A stretch of DNA of 64,000 nt. Source: Terriglobia bacterium (GTDB taxonomy: Bacteria > Acidobacteriota > Terriglobia > 20CM-2-55-15). A program made the position numbers and the translations under genes. A model generated the notes under the pieces. It saw only the letters and a program-made list of their open reading frames with translations. It ran no database searches and was not told where the DNA came from. Below are positions 18,838 through 28,799 of this stretch, piece after piece. How positions within the stretch are numbered: position 1 is the first letter of the stretch; every line of letters starts with the position of its first letter. The DNA lies in the NCBI GenBank assembly GCA_965198225.1, contig CBDAOY010000008.1, positions 192,001-256,000 on the forward strand, in the 5' to 3' direction.

Positions 18838-20712
18838 CTACGGGACGAGCGGAATAAACGGTTTCTTGGACATATGCCACTCCCCGGTTGCGGGATCGTA
18901 CCTGGAATTGACGAACACCTTCCAGTTCTCTTCGTCCAGCTTCGGGAAATCGCCGCGGTAGTAGTACCCGGGCCACCGGGTTTCTTCCCTGAACTGGATG
19001 TGACGCAGGTGCGATTCCGCGCACCACGTCCGATCCCACAGCTCCCAGCACCGGAGCAGATCGTGGAGATCCCGCGCGCCCAGCTTCTGGAGGTCTTCCC
19101 GGTAAAGACCCAGCAGCTCCAGGCCCCTCGCCAGGGTGGGGCCGTTTGTCATGTAGAAGTTCCCCGGACCCGCGACGTACTCGTCCATCGTCTTTTGGAG
19201 CCGCATCAGAGCCTGCTTGGGCAGGAGGTAATGGGGATTGACCTCCACGCGTGTCGAGGCATCCTTGTGCTCCTCCAGGGTCTGGAACGGCTGATAGAGC
19301 TCTGCCTTGATGGCCTCGACCCTGCCGTCGTCGTAGCGCAGCGGATTGGGATGGTCGGCGATGTAGGCGACCGCCGCCTTGCCCGCCATCCGTCCCTCGG
19401 TGAACGAACCCGACGAGAACTTGTGCGCCGATGCTCCCACTCCGTCCCCCGCCGCAAACAGGCCGTTGATGGTCGTCATGCGGTTGTAGCCCCAGAAGTA
19501 TTCCTTCGGTGAAATATCTTCCGGTCCGCTGACCCAGGCGCCGCATGCCGAGGAGTGCGAGCCCATCAGGTAGGGTTCCGTGAGAATGATCTCCGATGGC
19601 GTCTTCGCGGGATCGATGTTCTCCGATGCCCACAGCAGAGCCTGCGACATCGTCATGTCGAGAAAGTCTTCCCACGCATCGGACTCGATCTCCTTCATCT
19701 TCTTCTTGTCGTTCTGCACCTCGGTGAACAACTTCTGGAGCGCTTTGTCGGTCCGCATGTAGTGAGGCCCCCGGCCGTCCTTGATGTCGTTCAACATCAA
19801 ATGGTTCCGGAGCGGTGTCGGCACAGGCTTCGCCCGGCCGTATTCCCCCCACTCGAGCAGCTCGTGGGCGCGAGTCTTCTCCAGTTCGTCGCCGTATGCG
19901 TTCTCGGCTTTGGCCTTGAAGAGCAGGAACCAGGCACCGACCGGGCCGTAGCCGTCCTTGAAGCGCGTGACGACCACGCGGTGCTCCATCTGGGTCATCT
20001 CGGCGCCGGCTTTCTGCATCAGGCTGTATGCGGAGCCGGTATTCCACACGGCGTACCAGATCCGGCCGAGTCCCTCGCCAGTTGCACGGGGACGGAAGAC
20101 GTTCGTGGCGCCGCCAGCCGAGCAGATCACGGTCCTGGACTTGAAGACATAGATTTTGTGGTCCCTCACGCTGAACCCGACCGCGCCCGAGACCGTCGTC
20201 GGCTCGTCGGCGTCGGTCAGCAGATGGGAAACGAAGATTCTCTCGTAGACGTTCCCCTCGCCGACCGCTTTCTTTGCCGCTTCCGCGACGATCGGCTTGT
20301 AGGACTCGCCGTGGATCATCACCTGCCACTTGCCTTCCCGTTTGTAGGTCCCGTCTTCGTTCTTGAAGAACGGCAGGCCCCATTCTTCGAACATGTGGAC
20401 GCTCTCATCCACGTGCCGGGCGATGTCATAGACCAGGTCCTCGCGCGACAGGCCCATCAGGTCGTTCCGGACATACCGGACGAAATCCTCCGGCTGGTTC
20501 TCGCCGTTCTTCATTCCCATGTAGCAGTTGATGGCGGACAGGCCCATCGCGACCGCCCCGCTTCTCTCCGTGGCGGCTTTCTCGACGAGCACAACCCGCA
20601 ACCCTTTTTCCTTGGCCCAGTAGGCGGCTTCGAAAGCGGCCCCGGTACCGGCCATTCCGCCGCCGACGACCAGGACGTCACATTCGACTGTTTCGACTTC
20701 AGGCTCAATCAT
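18838..20712 (-). CDS. aprA: Adenylylsulfate reductase alpha subunit
   Basis: RSGAVAMGLSAINCY, WQVMIHGESYK, RFKDGYGPVGAW, HKFSSGS and EETRWPGYYYR. Confidence 0.97.
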   Translation of the reverse strand: MIEPEVETVECDVLVVGGGMAGTGAAFEAAYWAKEKGLRVVLVEKAATERSGAVAMGLSAINCYMGMKNGENQPEDFVRYVRNDLMGLSREDLVYDIARHVDESVHMFEEWGLPFFKNEDGTYKREGKWQVMIHGESYKPIVAEAAKKAVGEGNVYERIFVSHLLTDADEPTTVSGAVGFSVRDHKIYVFKSRTVICSAGGATNVFRPRATGEGLGRIWYAVWNTGSAYSLMQKAGAEMTQMEHRVVVTRFKDGYGPVGAWFLLFKAKAENAYGDELEKTRAHELLEWGEYGRAKPVPTPLRNHLMLNDIKDGRGPHYMRTDKALQKLFTEVQNDKKKMKEIESDAWEDFLDMTMSQALLWASENIDPAKTPSEIILTEPYLMGSHSSACGAWVSGPEDISPKEYFWGYNRMTTINGLFAAGDGVGASAHKFSSGSFTEGRMAGKAAVAYIADHPNPLRYDDGRVEAIKAELYQPFQTLEEHKDASTRVEVNPHYLLPKQALMRLQKTMDEYVAGPGNFYMTNGPTLARGLELLGLYREDLQKLGARDLHDLLRCWELWDRTWCAESHLRHIQFREETRWPGYYYRGDFPKLDEENWKVFVNSRYDPATGEWHMSKKPFIPLVP

Positions 20713-20818
20713 TCGCTGCCTCCAGTGATCACGGCGTGAGGGCGCGGGCCCTCGTCTTCATCCAGATATCTCGTCAGGGCCGGTTGTCGGGAAGGAAAAC
20801 CCTCTGACCAGAACGGCT

Positions 20819-21265
20819 TCAGTTCGAAAGTGCGGGCAGGTTGTCAACGCCCAGGTACTCCGACTGGCCGTACAACGCCTGTGTCCGCAGTGCATCGGGT
20901 GGGGGGCTTGCCGACACCCGGAACGGCTCGATCGTTCCCCAGGCGGTCGTGCGGATCGCGTATTTGAACCGCTTCATCTGGCCGTTCCGGTACTTCACGG
21001 TCCACATGATGGAGTCCGTGCCCCTGAGCGGCGTCAAGCTTGCGCCCAGCGGAACGACGTCATTGTACCCGCGCATGTCGATCGCGGACTGCGGGCACGT
21101 CTTGACGCACGAATAGCACTCCCAGCACATGTCCGGTTCCAGGTTGTACGCCTTTCCCAGCGCCGGATCCAGCGCCATGATGTCGCTGGGACAGATGTAG
21201 TGACACGCCGGCCGATCCAGAGCCTTGCAGCCGTCACACTTGTTCGGGTTCACATACGTGGGCAT
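20819..21265 (-). CDS. aprB: Adenylylsulfate reductase beta subunit
   Basis: MPTYVNPNKCDGC...CHYICP, CWECYSCVKTCP and IMWTVKYRNG. Confidence 0.97.
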   Translation of the reverse strand: MPTYVNPNKCDGCKALDRPACHYICPSDIMALDPALGKAYNLEPDMCWECYSCVKTCPQSAIDMRGYNDVVPLGASLTPLRGTDSIMWTVKYRNGQMKRFKYAIRTTAWGTIEPFRVSASPPPDALRTQALYGQSEYLGVDNLPALSN

Positions 21266-21283
21266 GTATTCATTCCTCCGGGC

Positions 21284-22498
21284 CTATTCACCCTCGGCGT
21301 ACTTGTGGAGTTTGACCTCCACCCTGTCCTCGAGTGTTCTGTAGTATTCCTTGAGAATAGCCAGCACTTCGGGCCGACTGAAGTGGTCGGGCACGTCCTC
21401 CCCGCTCGACAGCCACTTCCGGAGCATCGTTCCGCTCACCAGCAGCCGATCCTCCTTGCCGTGCGGACAGGTCTTCATCGACGCGACGCCGTCACACCGG
21501 GCGCAGTAAAAAGTCCAGTCGATCTTGAGAGGCCGTATCTCCAGCGCGTCTTCCGGAATCTCGTCGAAGATGTGATGAGCGTCGAACGGACCGTAGTACT
21601 CTCCCACCCCGGCATGGTCGCGTCCAACGATGAGGTGGCTGCAGCCAAAGTTCTGCCGGAACACCGCATGCAACAGTGCCTCTCTCGGTCCTCCGTATCG
21701 CATCTCCATGGGATACACGGCCTGGATGCAGGTATCGTCTACAAAATAGTTCTCCACCAGCATGTCGACGGCGCCGACGCGAACCTCCGCGGGAATGTCT
21801 CCCGGCTTCAGTTTTCCCACCAGCTGGTGGATCAGGATTCCGTCGCAGACTTCGATGGCGATCTTCGCCAGGTACTCGTGGGAACGATGCATCGGATTTC
21901 GCAGCTGCAGCGCTGCGACCGCGCTCCATCCCTTCTGCTCGAACAGTTGCCGCGTTTCCACCGGCCGGAGGTAGCTGCCGGAGTACTTCTTCGGGTACGG
22001 GCCTTCGCTCAAGACCCGGACCTTCCCGCCGATGTTCACATCCCCCTGGGCCATCACCGTGGCGACGCCGGGATGCTCCGAGTCGGTGGTCTTGAAAACC
22101 TGTTTGCACTCGTGAGCCTTGTCGATCCGGTATTTCTCGTCGATGACGAGGCTTCCCATGAGCTCGTCGCTTTCGGAATCGACGAGAGCCACCTCCTGTC
22201 CGTCTCTCAAGCCGTCCGCCTCTTCCGGAGTTGCCGAAAGCGTGATCGGAATGGGCCAGAAGCAGCCGGCGTCAGTCCGAAGCGCGTCGCACACGCCCTG
22301 CCAGTCGGCACGACCCATGAAGCCGTCCAACGGTGTGAACGCTCCGATACCCATCATGATGAGGTCGGAAGTTTCCCTGGACGTCATCCGAACCTGAGCC
22401 AGCCCGGCGATCCTCTCCCGTTCTTCTCGAAGCTCGGCTCCTGAGGTCAGGAGCGGCTTCAACTTGCGTTCTGAACCATGCGGGTTCGCCAGAGCCAT
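21284..22498 (-). CDS. sat: Sulfate adenylyltransferase (dissimilatory-type ATP sulfurylase, no APS-kinase domain)
   Basis: [32 protein letters not shown] and a CxxC...CxH Zn site. Confidence 0.97.
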   Translation of the reverse strand: MALANPHGSERKLKPLLTSGAELREERERIAGLAQVRMTSRETSDLIMMGIGAFTPLDGFMGRADWQGVCDALRTDAGCFWPIPITLSATPEEADGLRDGQEVALVDSESDELMGSLVIDEKYRIDKAHECKQVFKTTDSEHPGVATVMAQGDVNIGGKVRVLSEGPYPKKYSGSYLRPVETRQLFEQKGWSAVAALQLRNPMHRSHEYLAKIAIEVCDGILIHQLVGKLKPGDIPAEVRVGAVDMLVENYFVDDTCIQAVYPMEMRYGGPREALLHAVFRQNFGCSHLIVGRDHAGVGEYYGPFDAHHIFDEIPEDALEIRPLKIDWTFYCARCDGVASMKTCPHGKEDRLLVSGTMLRKWLSSGEDVPDHFSRPEVLAILKEYYRTLEDRVEVKLHKYAEGE

Positions 22499-22798
22499 TC
22501 AGATCCTCACCTAAACCTGCGCCAACCGAACAGAAGCGTTCGGTGCTGCGGGTAAAGAACTGGAAAAATGAACGAACGTAAACGCTGGACTCAATAAGAT
22601 GCTTCTTACAAAGGCCTTAGCGGGCGACCGAATCATAGACGGAGATGCCCGGCAACGCAACCGTTTTGACGAAAACGTACGCCGCCGGGAAAAAGTTTGA
22701 CTTTCGAAACGGGAGCCGTTTAAACAGGCAAGTGGACTTGACCGGCGTCCGATCGGTGACCTCCAATTTCCGTACCGCCTTCCGAAGGAGACAGAGAC

Positions 22799-23726
22799 AT
22801 GAATCGCTTTCGAACACTCGTTTTCTTGTTTGCCCTTTCACTGATTCCGATCGGCGGCCTGGCGCAGACCAATCCCCTGTGGCACGGACAGAAGATCAAG
22901 AATTACCTGCCTCATATGACGAGGCCGGAGGTGGAAGATCTATTGACGCGGACCGACATGGCGTTGATCCCCGTTCCTTCGCTCGAACAGCATGGATTGC
23001 ACTTGCCGATCGGAACGGATTTTCTGAGCGGGATCGGTCGCGCGCAGTTGATCGCCCAGAAAACCGACGTTCTGGTGGCACCGGTTCTGTTCGTGGGCAA
23101 CGCCCCCTATCACATGGGCTATGCGGGCACGATGACGCTGTCGGCCGAAACGATCCAGCAGGTCTACTTCGAGGCGGCACAGAGTCTGATGCACCACGGC
23201 TTCAAGCGTTTCCTGATAATGAACAGTCACGGCGGAAACCGGGTCATTTCCCAATACATCGTCGACCGCATCAACCACGAGACTCCTGGGATTGCGGTGG
23301 AGCTTGGAGCGGCTTCGGCCCCGTTCCTCTCCCGCGAGACGAACAACAGCCCGCCCAGCACGGTTTTTGACCGCCACGGGGGAGTGGGGGAGACCTCCCG
23401 GGGGCTCTACATGTTTCCCCAGCCTGGTCGACATGGACAGCGCCGAGACGGCAACTCTGACGATGCCTGAACACATGGAAAGAATGCTGCCCGAAGTGGT
23501 CGCAGGCGACCGCACGGCACTGATGGTGTTGCTGGCGGAAGGGCTCAAGAAGGAGGAGACCGGCAAGAAGACTTCTGTCCGGGAGATGTCGAGCACGGGC
23601 GTCTGGGGAGTCCGGGACCTCCGGGAGGCCAGCGCTGAGAGGGGAGAGCAGGCAACGCTGAGGTCCGTTGAAGCGGCCGTCGCGTTCATCGAACGCTGGA
23701 AACAACTGCGGCCGAGGGAACCCTAG
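22799..23726 (+). pseudogene. Creatininase/MftE-family amidohydrolase with signal peptide, +1 frameshift
   Basis: EQHGLHLPIGTD, NSHGGN and DRHGGVGETS. Homology continues in another frame after ATG TTT CCCC AGC (C4 run at 23417-23420), so this may be a sequencing indel. Confidence 0.75.
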
Positions 23727-23988
23727 TGGCCTGTAACAGAGAGAGTGATAGTGGCGTTGCGAGCGCAACGGTACCGGATTCTAGGAGCGCCGCCCGAGGT
23801 AATGCTGCTTCATTGCGAGAAGGCGCGACGACGAAGACGGTGCTGTTCCGCCGCAACCCGAAGGGACGATGGGCCTTGCCGCCACGCAGAGAAGTTATGA
23901 AACACGCGATGTTTTTCGACTTGCAACGACTTATGAGAGGACCCGCAAGGCCCATCGGCGACGCTGTCACTATCTCTGTTACAGGCTG
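23727..23988. mobile_element. 262-bp MITE-like element
   Basis: 22-bp terminal IRs TGGCCTGTAACAGAGAGAGTGA / CAGCCTGTAACAGAGATAGTGA, flanked by duplicated CTAG (23723-26, 23989-92). No credible ORF. Confidence 0.8.
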
Positions 23989-24031
23989 CTAGGACTACCA
24001 CTAAAGATAGGCCGATAACTATAAAGATAGA

Positions 24032-24060
24032 TTGACAAGGCTTGCGAACGGAAGTATATC
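24032..24060 (+). promoter_or_regulatory. Candidate sigma70 promoter upstream of the TonB receptor leader
   Basis: TTGACA-N17-TATATC. Confidence 0.45.
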
Positions 24061-24212
24061 TCCCCTGAGACTAAACCTTTTGACAGATTGGTAGATCGAA
24101 AGGTGGTTACGCGAGCTTTCGAGACACGACCCGAAATTGGCGCAGCATATCCGTTTCGAGACACGAGCCGATGCTTGGGTCCGGTTCGCGAAGAGTCCAG
24201 TTTCTAGGACGG

Positions 24213-24244
24213 AGGCTGGGGGCTCGAGCCCCGGCTTTTTTTTT
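24213..24244 (+). terminator. Intrinsic terminator inside the 5' leader of the TonB receptor gene
   Basis: GGCTGGGGGCTCGAGCCCCGGC hairpin followed by T9. Confidence 0.65.
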
Positions 24245-24381
24245 GGCAAGGATGCCGAACTGGTACTGTCGGAACCCCGAAATTGGCGCAGCATATCCGT
24301 TTGAGGCTTGAACAAGCGATCAAGTCGCAGACAGGCTCAACCTTGGCACATTTCCGTTTTTGGGATGGGAGGTAGAGATTG

Positions 24382-27300
24382 ATGTTTGAGAAGAGGCGAA
24401 TATTTACTATAGCAACCGTGGTTCTGGCTCTCACGCTGTCGGTAACCGGGCAAGCGTGGGCTCAGGGCAGCACCGGAACGATCTCGGGAACGACCGCGGA
24501 CCAGACGGGTGCGGTACTTCCGGGAGTCACCGTCCGGGCCACCAACAGCGGGACGAACCTGACGCGGGAAGTTCTGACGAACGAGAGCGGTCAGTTTCAG
24601 CTGACGTTCCTGCCGGTCGGGACATACGACGTCAGCGCGGAGTTCCCCGGTTTCAGGACCGAGATCCGCAGCGGGATCACCGTCCAGACCGACCAGCGGG
24701 CGACGATCAGCTTCAGCCTGGAGGTCGGCCAGCTCACCGAAAGCATCACGGTCAGTGAAGACGCCCCGCTGGTGCAGAGCGAAACGTCGTCCATCGGCAA
24801 CGTCATCGATAACAAGAAGATCACGGAACTGCCGTTGAACGGTCGGGCGTTCCAGAACCTGACCCTCCTCGCGCCGGGAGCCATGGAGCCGGCCGAAGGC
24901 TCAGGCCTCGGCTTCCGCGGAGGTATCACGGTCGCGGGAGCGCGGGAAGAGTCGACGGTCTTTTCTCTTGACGGCATCGACATCGTCAACGGACTGGTCG
25001 GCATGACCACGTTCAAGCCCTCGATCGATTCGGTCCAGGAATTCAAGGTCCAGACCTCGACCTATTCCGCGGAACTTGGACAGATGGCTGGCGGCCAGAT
25101 CGCGGTCACGACGAAGTCGGGATCGAACCAGTTTCACGGTGTTGCCTACAATTTCCTCCGCAATTCCGTGATGGATGCGAAGAATTTCTTCCACCCGTCT
25201 GGCGAAGACATCGCCGCTTTCCAGCGGAACAACTTCGGTGGCAACATCGGCGGCCCCATCGTGCAAGATAGGACATTCTTCTTCTTCAATGCGGAGTATT
25301 TGAGGGAGAGGCGCGGTGTCACTGCAGCGGCCACGGTCCCGCTGCCCGCAATGCTGGACGGTGACTTCTCTGCGCTGTCCAAACAATTGGTGAATCCGTA
25401 CACGGGGGAGCCGTTTCCGAACAACCAGATTCCGTCCAGCATGTTCAATGCTTCGGGAAAGGCTCTGGTCGAGCTGGGTTACCGCCCCTACGCCCCCAAC
25501 CAGGCCGGGCTGACCCGCAACTTTTCGTCGAACCCGAAGAACCAGCACGACACCGAACAGTACACCGTCCGATTCGATCACCAATTCTCGGACTTCAACA
25601 GCTTCTTCGCGCGCTATTCGTTCAACGACGACTTCGTTAAAGACCCCTTCAACGAGTTCGGTGGAATCACCAGCATCCCCGATATCGGCACCCGCCTGGA
25701 CACCCAGAAGGCCCAGAGCCTGTCGCTCACCGACACGCATGTCTTCTCGGCCGCGACCGTCCTTGAAGTTCGTCTGGGCTACAACCGTCTGTCGCAGTTC
25801 CGTCGGGGACTTATCCGGACCGATATCCCGCGTCAGGTGGGCATCTCCGGCACGACCGACAACGAGTTTAACTTCGGCTGGCCACGCATCCAGATGACCG
25901 GCTACGACGATCTCGGCACGCAGTCGTTCCCGACCGACCGAGGCGACAACACCTACCAGGTTGTGATGGGCCTGACCCACACGCGCGGGAACCACAACAT
26001 CAAGACCGGTTTCAACATCGAGCAGTTCCGGTCCAACCGGCTGAACAACTCCCGATCGCTCGGCCTCTACCGCTTTGGCGGTGGCTTTACCGGCGATGCC
26101 GTTGGCGATCTACTCTTGGGTCTGCCGAACCGTGCACAGCGGCGCCTCGGCGACACGCGAAATCCGATCCGGCACGAAGCCTATGGTTTCTACGTTCAGG
26201 ACGACTGGAAGGTCATGCCGAACCTGACGTTGAACCTCGGCCTCCGATACGAGCTCATCACGCCGTTCACATCCACTTCGGACCGGATGTCGAACTTCAA
26301 CCCCGATTGCACCTGCATCGAAATCGCGGGCACGGCCAACACACGCCGGGACATTTCCCGGCCCGAGAATACCGATCCGGATATCGCGGCTCTGCTGGCC
26401 AATGTCACTTTCGTGGACCTCGGGGTTAAGAAAGTCTTCGAGGGCGACCACAACAATTTTGCACCCCGTTTCGGGTTCGCCTACGACGTGTTCGGCACCG
26501 GGCGGACCGTGTTGAAAGGCGGAGCCGGCGTCTTCATGGACATGATGCGCCTGAACAACGGGATCGGGCTCTCCAACAACGTCCCGTTCCGGTTCACCCA
26601 GACGTTTAACTTCAACTCCGGCGATCTCTCCTTCCTCGACCTCTCGAATCCGTTCCCGGCTGGCCGCGGGGCCTCGACTCTCGGGCCGGTCTCGACACAG
26701 AAAGACTGGAAGAACGCGCACGTCGAACAGTGGAACCTCGGCTTCCAGCACGAACTTCTGTCCAACATGGTGCTCGATTTCAGTTACGCGGGGGCGAAGG
26801 GCAACAACCTCCATCAAACCACCAATATCAATCAGCCGCGTCCAAGCCCCACCGGGAGCATCAACTCGCGGCGGCCGATCCAGGGATTCGCCAACATCAA
26901 TCAGCGCCAGTCCGCCGCGCAGTCGAGTTTCCACGCCCTGCTGGGGCGCATCGAAAAGCGATTCTCCGACGACATCACGTTCTTGATGTCCTACACGTGG
27001 TCGAAATCGATCGACAACTTCTCCGGACGCCGGACCGCGGGGGATGGGAGCACACCACAGGATTCCCAGAACTGGGCCGCCAACCGTGGTGTCTCGGGTT
27101 TCGACGCCACGCACCGGATGGTGTTCAACTACGTCTACGAACTGCCGTTCGGTCGAGGAAAACAGTGGCTGGCCGACGGCCCGGCTAGCTACATCTTAGG
27201 TGGCTGGGAATTGTCCGGGATCTGGACGTTCATGTCGGGTCGCCCGCTGACACCAAGGCTGAGAAGCGACAACAGCCGGACCGGCTCCTCCAGTACGGAT

Positions 27301-27642
27301 CATCCGAACCTCATTGGAGATGTCGTCCTGTCGCGAGGCCAGCGTACGATCGATCGGTGGTTCAACATCGACGCTTTCGCGATGCCGGCTCGAGGCACGT
27401 TCGGAAATTCGGGTCGCAATATCGTGCGCGGCCCCGGCACTGCAAACGTCGACATGTCGTTCTTGAAGAACCACTACTACGGCGAGCAGGGCAACATTCA
27501 ATTCCGGGTGGAGGTCTTCAACCTTCCCAACCACCCGAACTTCAACATGCCGAACCGAGACTTCGGCACGAGAAACTTCGGAAAGATCTTCTCAGCGCGC
27601 CCGTCGCGCCAGATTCAGTTGAGCATCAAGATGTATTTCTAA
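24382..27642 (+). CDS. TonB-dependent receptor (Oar/carboxypeptidase-regulatory type)
   Basis: Signal peptide, DQTGAVLPGV, LPLNGR, TKSGSNQFHG, QDDWKV, LNLGLRYE and a C-terminal Phe. Confidence 0.93.
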   Translation: MFEKRRIFTIATVVLALTLSVTGQAWAQGSTGTISGTTADQTGAVLPGVTVRATNSGTNLTREVLTNESGQFQLTFLPVGTYDVSAEFPGFRTEIRSGITVQTDQRATISFSLEVGQLTESITVSEDAPLVQSETSSIGNVIDNKKITELPLNGRAFQNLTLLAPGAMEPAEGSGLGFRGGITVAGAREESTVFSLDGIDIVNGLVGMTTFKPSIDSVQEFKVQTSTYSAELGQMAGGQIAVTTKSGSNQFHGVAYNFLRNSVMDAKNFFHPSGEDIAAFQRNNFGGNIGGPIVQDRTFFFFNAEYLRERRGVTAAATVPLPAMLDGDFSALSKQLVNPYTGEPFPNNQIPSSMFNASGKALVELGYRPYAPNQAGLTRNFSSNPKNQHDTEQYTVRFDHQFSDFNSFFARYSFNDDFVKDPFNEFGGITSIPDIGTRLDTQKAQSLSLTDTHVFSAATVLEVRLGYNRLSQFRRGLIRTDIPRQVGISGTTDNEFNFGWPRIQMTGYDDLGTQSFPTDRGDNTYQVVMGLTHTRGNHNIKTGFNIEQFRSNRLNNSRSLGLYRFGGGFTGDAVGDLLLGLPNRAQRRLGDTRNPIRHEAYGFYVQDDWKVMPNLTLNLGLRYELITPFTSTSDRMSNFNPDCTCIEIAGTANTRRDISRPENTDPDIAALLANVTFVDLGVKKVFEGDHNNFAPRFGFAYDVFGTGRTVLKGGAGVFMDMMRLNNGIGLSNNVPFRFTQTFNFNSGDLSFLDLSNPFPAGRGASTLGPVSTQKDWKNAHVEQWNLGFQHELLSNMVLDFSYAGAKGNNLHQTTNINQPRPSPTGSINSRRPIQGFANINQRQSAAQSSFHALLGRIEKRFSDDITFLMSYTWSKSIDNFSGRRTAGDGSTPQDSQNWAANRGVSGFDATHRMVFNYVYELPFGRGKQWLADGPASYILGGWELSGIWTFMSGRPLTPRLRSDNSRTGSSSTDHPNLIGDVVLSRGQRTIDRWFNIDAFAMPARGTFGNSGRNIVRGPGTANVDMSFLKNHYYGEQGNIQFRVEVFNLPNHPNFNMPNRDFGTRNFGKIFSARPSRQIQLSIKMYF

Positions 27643-27660
27643 GCGAACGCTCTAACCGAA

Positions 27661-27689
27661 GGGGTGCCGGAAACGGCACCCCTTTTTTT
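27661..27689 (+). terminator. Intrinsic terminator
   Basis: GGGGTGCCG-gaaa-CGGCACCCC followed by T7. Confidence 0.85.
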
Positions 27690-27849
27690 GGGTTTGCAAC
27701 TTTTTCGGTGTTAGTCTTTTCCCCACATTCGAGAATCCCCGCCAATCGAGGAGCCCGTTGCAAGATTCGCGGACAGTTGTGTTGGCCCGTCCTGCTTGTT
27801 TCGCGTGCGATCCGGCTTCGGACGGGGAACGGAGTGTATGGAGGAACCG

Positions 27850-28650
27850 ATGAGCTCGACTCTGTCCTGGCTTAAGAAGTTCGTGGTGTGCGCGTGCCTG
27901 ATCGTCGCAGTCGCGAGCGCCGGTTTGTCACAGTCTCAACTTGTACGAATTGAGGACATGACCTGGGAGGAGGTATCCGAAGCCATCCAGGCCGGGAAGA
28001 CCACCGCGGTGTACTACGCCGGGAGCATCGAGCAGAATGGTCTCCACATGGCGTTTGGGAAGCACGGGCTTGTCGCCGAATGGGTCGGTGAGCGCATCGT
28101 TCGTGAATTGGGCAACGCGATTCTGTACCCCGTCATGCCGTTCGCGCCATTGGGCGACCCGTTGGTCAAGGAGAACTTCATGGCCTACCCGGGTTCGATC
28201 AGTCTGACGGATGAGACTTACGGAGCGGTTGCGCGCGACGTGGCCCTGAGCGCGATGACGTCCGGTTTCAAGCACATCGTCCTGATGGGCGATCACGGAG
28301 GCGGACAGGCAACGCTCAAGAACGTCGCCGAGGAGCTCGATCGGGAATACCGCGCTAATGGGGTTCGGTTTCACTACGGGGACGACGTCTACAGGCTGGC
28401 CGGTGCGAAGTTCCGCGAATACCTTGCCTCCAAGCATCTCGAAGGCGCGGGACATGCCGGGATTCAGGACACGTCCGAGATCATGTACCTGCGCCCGGAG
28501 TGGATTCGATTCGACCGGATCGACGAGGCCGGCTCCGACAACGGCGTGGCGGGCGATCCACGGGATTCGGCACCGGCGCTGGGCAAAGTGTTTCTCGACA
28601 TGAAGGTCGAACTGGCGGTTAAACAGATTCGCAGCCTGGTCGGAAACTGA
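27850..28650 (+). CDS. Creatininase-family amidohydrolase with signal peptide
   Basis: MTWEEV, GSIEQNGLHM, PGSISL, GDHGG and HAGIQDTS. Start is 27838 or 27850. Confidence 0.85.
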   Translation: MSSTLSWLKKFVVCACLIVAVASAGLSQSQLVRIEDMTWEEVSEAIQAGKTTAVYYAGSIEQNGLHMAFGKHGLVAEWVGERIVRELGNAILYPVMPFAPLGDPLVKENFMAYPGSISLTDETYGAVARDVALSAMTSGFKHIVLMGDHGGGQATLKNVAEELDREYRANGVRFHYGDDVYRLAGAKFREYLASKHLEGAGHAGIQDTSEIMYLRPEWIRFDRIDEAGSDNGVAGDPRDSAPALGKVFLDMKVELAVKQIRSLVGN

Positions 28651-28799
28651 CGTCGCCGGGCCTTCGCCGGCAGCTTTGTACGCCAGCATGAGAACCGCGC
28701 CCGAAGTCGTCCCGGCTCGCTATCGGCGAACCTTCTTCATGGCGTGTGGCCACCAACCGGAGGCTTTTACCCTCCGGCCGCCGTCGGTATAGTATTCGG

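Noticed and set aside
17522-20383. 953-aa ORF suggesting an AprA-QmoA fusion or extended QmoA
   Set aside because: The N-terminal ~520 aa is an off-frame read through aprA. QmoA homology begins at ATG 18826.
12814-22498. Calling the organism a sulfate reducer
   Set aside because: There are no dsr genes in the window, and the direction of Sat/Apr/Qmo cannot be determined from these sequences alone.
24130-24160. Sigma54 promoter (TGGCGC...)
   Set aside because: It lacks the -12 TTGC element at the required spacing.
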